This document shows positions 60,243-64,000 of a DNA stretch of 64,000 nucleotides, one piece after another. Position 1 is the first letter of the stretch. Every line of letters starts with the position of its first letter. The DNA comes from an uncultured delta proteobacterium (GTDB lineage: Bacteria; Myxococcota_A; UBA9160; SZUA-336). The notes under the pieces are model-generated. The model worked only from the letters and a program-made list of their open reading frames with translations. It was not told the DNA's origin and did not search any database. The stretch is from the NCBI GenBank assembly GCA_963704165.1, contig CAVPHD010000004.1:64001-128000 (forward strand). The letters run 5' to 3'. Position numbers and translations under genes: made by a program.

Positions 60243-61644
60243 TCAGAGATCCAGCGGGATCAGGAACATCGCGATCGCCGAGACCGCGAAGCAGGCCGCG
60301 GCGACCAGGAACGTGTAGCCGACGACGTCGCCGAAGCGCATGCGCGCGATCGACAGGATCGGGATCGCGAAGAAGGGCTGGATCAGGTTCGTGGTCGAGT
60401 CGCCGTACGAGTAGGCGAGCAGGGTGGTGACCGGCGAGACACCGAGCGACGCCGCGGCGGGAAGCAGGAACGGCGCTTCGATCAGCCACTTCGATCCGCC
60501 CGACGGCACGAACAGGTTCATCAGCGCGGAATAGGTGTAGACGACGAACGGAAACGTCGCCGCGCTCGCGGCGCTCGCGAACGAGCTCGCCGAGCCAGCG
60601 GCCGAGGCTGCGCGTCCTGCATCAGCCCGAAGATCCCCGCGTAGAACGGGAACTGCAGGATGATGCCCCAGGCGGCATCGACGCCGTCCCGGCAGGCGCG
60701 CAGGAAGGGCAGGGGGCGGCCGTGCAGCAGAAGCGCGGCCAGCAGGAAGACGGTGTTGTAGGCGTTGATCGTCCAGGTCGTGCCGAAGCCGCGCGTCACC
60801 AAGGAGTGTAGGAGTCCGTAGCCGAGCAGCAGCGTCGCGAGCCAGACCCAGACGCGCTGCCGGTCGATCGCGCCCGCGGGTGTCGCCGGCGTCGCTTCGC
60901 TCTTCGGGGGGCTTCGGCAGGATCGCGTCGATCTGCTCCGCCGAGAGCGTCACGACGCCGCGAGACGGGTGCAACGCGATGATGCAGAGCAGCGCGACAG
61001 CCCCGACGACCGCGATGTAGATCAGATTGAACGGGCTGAAGAGCGTTTCCGTCACCGGGTAGAGCCGCGTGACCAGCTGCGCGCCACTCGCGGGTGCGAG
61101 CAGGGGGTTTCCCGGAGTGGCCAGGATCAGGGGGGCCGACCCGGAGAGCCCGCCGTGCCAGACGGTCCCGATCCCGAGGTACGACGCGGCGATCAGCACG
61201 CGCACGTCGGCGCGCGGGTTCCGGCGCACGATGAACGGCAGGAAGAGCGCGCACGCGACCAGGCAGATCGCCCAGTTCAAGTAGGCCGTCGCCATCGAGA
61301 ACAGCCCCGCAAGCAGCGACCGCCTGGAGCGGTTTCGCGGGGTTCGGCAGCCCGGCCAGCCGGTCGAGCGCCCGGTACACGGGCTGCGAGACCACGCAGG
61401 CGTGCGCGGCGACCATCGCGACCGTGAATTGCATCGCGAGCGTCAGCAGGCTCCACACGCCGTCGCCCCAGGCGAGCAGCGCCTGGTGCGGGCTCGCGCC
61501 GGCGCCCGCGATGGAAAGCGCGAGCGCGATCGCGGTCAGGGCCATGCAGATCACCCAGGCATCGGGAACCCAGCGCTCGGAGATCCGCGATACACCCGCA
61601 CCGAGGTCACGAAGCCGGTCGAGTCCGCGGCCGCGATCTGGCAT
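60243..61644 (-). CDS. atoE: Short-chain fatty acid transporter (3-4 frameshifts)
   Basis: [48 protein letters not shown] spread over three frames. Confidence 0.85.
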
Positions 61645-61845
61645 GCTCCCCCCGCCTCCGCCCATTATAGGCAGGCCGCCGGAAGCCACCCGGCAGGTCG
61701 GGAGGCGCACTTCACCGCGCGGTGGGGTGCGAATTACACTCTCGCATCTCGAGTCGGACGCCGGACGCGTGGAGCGGGCTCCGCGCGGCGGTACGGGTCT
61801 TGCGAGCTGGGCGACCCCGGGCGGGGTCGGAGAAGGAGTCGCGGG

Positions 61846-63636
61846 GTGACGGCGAATCAGGGCCTGAAGGCATGGGTCGAGCAGATGGCAGCGCTCTGTG
61901 AGCCGGAGCGAATTCACTGGTGCGACGGCTCGCAGGAAGAGCTCGACATGATGTTCCGGCTCATGATCGCGAGCGGAACCGCCGAACGCCTCGATCCGAA
62001 GAAGCGCCCGAACAGCTACCTCGTGCGCTCCGATCCCGCGGACGTCGCGCGCGTCGAAGACCGGACCTTCATCTGCTCCGTCAAGAGCGAGGACGCCGGA
62101 CCGAACAACAACTGGCGTGATCCCGACGAGATGCGCGGAACGCTGAAGGACCTGTTCACCGGCTGCATGCGCGGACGCACGATGTACGTCGTGCCGTTCT
62201 CGATGGGACCGCTCGGATCGCACATCTCCCACATCGGCGTCGAGATCACGGACTCACCCTACGTGGTCGCGGCGATGCGGACGATGACGCGGATGGGCCG
62301 GGCCGCGCTCGAGGTTCTCGGCGACGGGCCTTTCGTGCGCTGCATGCACTCGGTCGGCGCGCCGCTCGAGAAGGGGCAGCGCGACGTTCCGTGGCCGTGC
62401 AACGCGGACAACAAGTACATCGTCCACTTCCCGGAGACGCGCGAGATCTTCTCGTTCGGCTCGGGCTACGGGGGAAACGCTCTGCTCGGGAAGAAGTGCT
62501 TCGCGCTTCGCATTGCATCGGTCATGGCGCGCGACGAGGGCTGGCTCGCCGAGCACATGCTGATCCTGAAGCTGACGTCACCCGCGAAACGGGTCCACTA
62601 CCTCGCCGCCGCCTTCCCGAGCGCCTGCGGCAAGACGAACCTGGCGATGCTGCGGCCGAGCATTCCCGGCTGGAAGGTCGAGTGCATCGGTGACGACATC
62701 GCCTGGATGAAATTCGGCACGGACGGCCGGCTCTACGCGATCAACCCCGAGGCGGGTTTCTTCGGCGTGGCTCCGTTCACGAACATGAAGTCCAATCCGA
62801 ACGCCATGCTCACGCTGACACACGATTGTGTCTTCACGAACTGCGCGAAGACCGGCGACGGCGACGTCTGGTGGGAGGACATGACGGACGAGCCGCCCGA
62901 GAACATCACCGACTGGCGCGGCCAGCCCTGGACGCCCGCGAGCAAGACGCCGGCCGCGCATCCCAACGCGCGCTTCACGGTGCCCGCGAGTCAGTGCCCG
63001 GTGATCGCGCCGGAGTGGCAGGACCCGGCGGGTGTGCCGATCAGCGCGATCCTCTTCGGCGGCCGACGCGCGACGGTCGTGCCGCTCGTGAACGAGGCGC
63101 GCGACTGGCAGCAGGGGACGTTCTTCGGCTCGATCATCGGCAGCGAGAAGACCGCCGCGGCCGCGGGAACGATCGGCGAATTGCGCCGCGATCCGATGGC
63201 CATGCTGCCGTTCTGCGGATACAACATGGCCGATTACTGGGCGCACTGGCTCGCGATCGGCCGACGCGCCGGAGCGAAGCTGCCGCGGATCTTCTGGGTC
63301 AACTGGTTCCGCAAGGGCCCGAACGGCGAGTTCCTCTGGCCCGGATACGGAGAGAACAGCCGGGTGCTCAAGTGGATCTTCGAGCGGCTCGACGGCGAGG
63401 CGAAGGGCGTCGAGACCCCGATCGGCATCCTGCCGACCGAGGCGGAGCTCGACGCGAGCGGTCTGGACATCGATGCCGAGGACCTCGCGGTCCTGCTCGG
63501 CGCCGACGTCGAGAGCTGGCTCGCCGAGGTTCCCCTGATCCGCGAGTACTACGCGCAGTACGGTGGGAAGCTGCCCGCAGAACTCGCCCAGGAGCTCTCC
63601 GCGCTCGAGCAGAGGCTGCTCGCCGCGAAGCGCTGA
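61846..63636 (+). CDS. pckG: Phosphoenolpyruvate carboxykinase (GTP)
   Basis: [53 protein letters not shown]. Confidence 0.98.
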   Translation: MTANQGLKAWVEQMAALCEPERIHWCDGSQEELDMMFRLMIASGTAERLDPKKRPNSYLVRSDPADVARVEDRTFICSVKSEDAGPNNNWRDPDEMRGTLKDLFTGCMRGRTMYVVPFSMGPLGSHISHIGVEITDSPYVVAAMRTMTRMGRAALEVLGDGPFVRCMHSVGAPLEKGQRDVPWPCNADNKYIVHFPETREIFSFGSGYGGNALLGKKCFALRIASVMARDEGWLAEHMLILKLTSPAKRVHYLAAAFPSACGKTNLAMLRPSIPGWKVECIGDDIAWMKFGTDGRLYAINPEAGFFGVAPFTNMKSNPNAMLTLTHDCVFTNCAKTGDGDVWWEDMTDEPPENITDWRGQPWTPASKTPAAHPNARFTVPASQCPVIAPEWQDPAGVPISAILFGGRRATVVPLVNEARDWQQGTFFGSIIGSEKTAAAAGTIGELRRDPMAMLPFCGYNMADYWAHWLAIGRRAGAKLPRIFWVNWFRKGPNGEFLWPGYGENSRVLKWIFERLDGEAKGVETPIGILPTEAELDASGLDIDAEDLAVLLGADVESWLAEVPLIREYYAQYGGKLPAELAQELSALEQRLLAAKR

Positions 63637-63646
63637 CGACGCATCG

Positions 63647-64000
63647 ATGCTTCCGCCGGTCGCCGTCCAGCTCTACAGCCTGCGCGAGGCCGCTTCGCGG
63701 GATTTCCCCGCGGTGATCGAGCGACTCGGGCGGATCGGATACGCGGGCGTCGAGCTCGCGGGTCTGCACGGCATGCCGCCCGCCGAGCTTCGCAGCCGGC
63801 TCTCGGACGCGGGTCTCGAGATCGCCTCCGTCCACGTGCAGGCTCCGATCGGCGACGCGCGTGAGCGTGTTCTCGACGAGCAGGAGGCTCTCGGCGCGAA
63901 GACGCTGGTGGTTCCGTTCGTTCCGCCCGACCGCTTCAAGAGCATCGAGTCGATTCGCGAGGTGGCAGCGGAGATCGACGAGGCGAATCGCAACGCGCGC
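63647..64000 (+). CDS. Sugar phosphate isomerase/epimerase (TIM barrel), 3' truncated
   Basis: MLPPVAVQLYSLRE...IGYAGVELAG; open to the window end and absent from the ORF track. Confidence 0.85.
   Translation, partial: MLPPVAVQLYSLREAASRDFPAVIERLGRIGYAGVELAGLHGMPPAELRSRLSDAGLEIASVHVQAPIGDARERVLDEQEALGAKTLVVPFVPPDRFKSIESIREVAAEIDEANRNAR

Overview
GC-rich (roughly 68-70% by eye), gene-dense bacterial chromosome segment with about 61 protein-coding genes. No rRNA, tRNA, CRISPR array or mobile element was recognised. The gene repertoire (F420-type LLM, Rieske oxygenases, WS/DGAT, secreted dockerin-like proteins, GTP-PEPCK) suggests an uncultured Deltaproteobacteria/Myxococcota-like aerobic heterotroph; this is inference only. 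Main modules: (i) a PerR-like regulator-rubrerythrin-FeS oxidoreductase-DUF3501 peroxide-stress operon; (ii) a Fur-family gene followed by a Fur-box-like palindrome and three exported proteins (MauG-type diheme enzyme, Tat-exported atypical metallophosphoesterase, SoxA/TsdA-like monoheme cytochrome c), the best candidate for an undescribed system; (iii) two tandem Rieske oxygenase alpha subunits plus a small partner ORF; (iv) a TTQ amine dehydrogenase operon (mauBEDA/aauBEDA-like) convergent with amtB; (v) a sulfotransferase/glycosyltransferase cluster; (vi) a lipid-modification cluster; (vii) two unrelated secreted proteins sharing a four-Cys dockerin-like module. At least seven genes carry small frameshifts, several in homopolymers, most likely long-read consensus errors. 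Many genes appear leaderless. All family calls come from motif recognition by eye, not from database searches.
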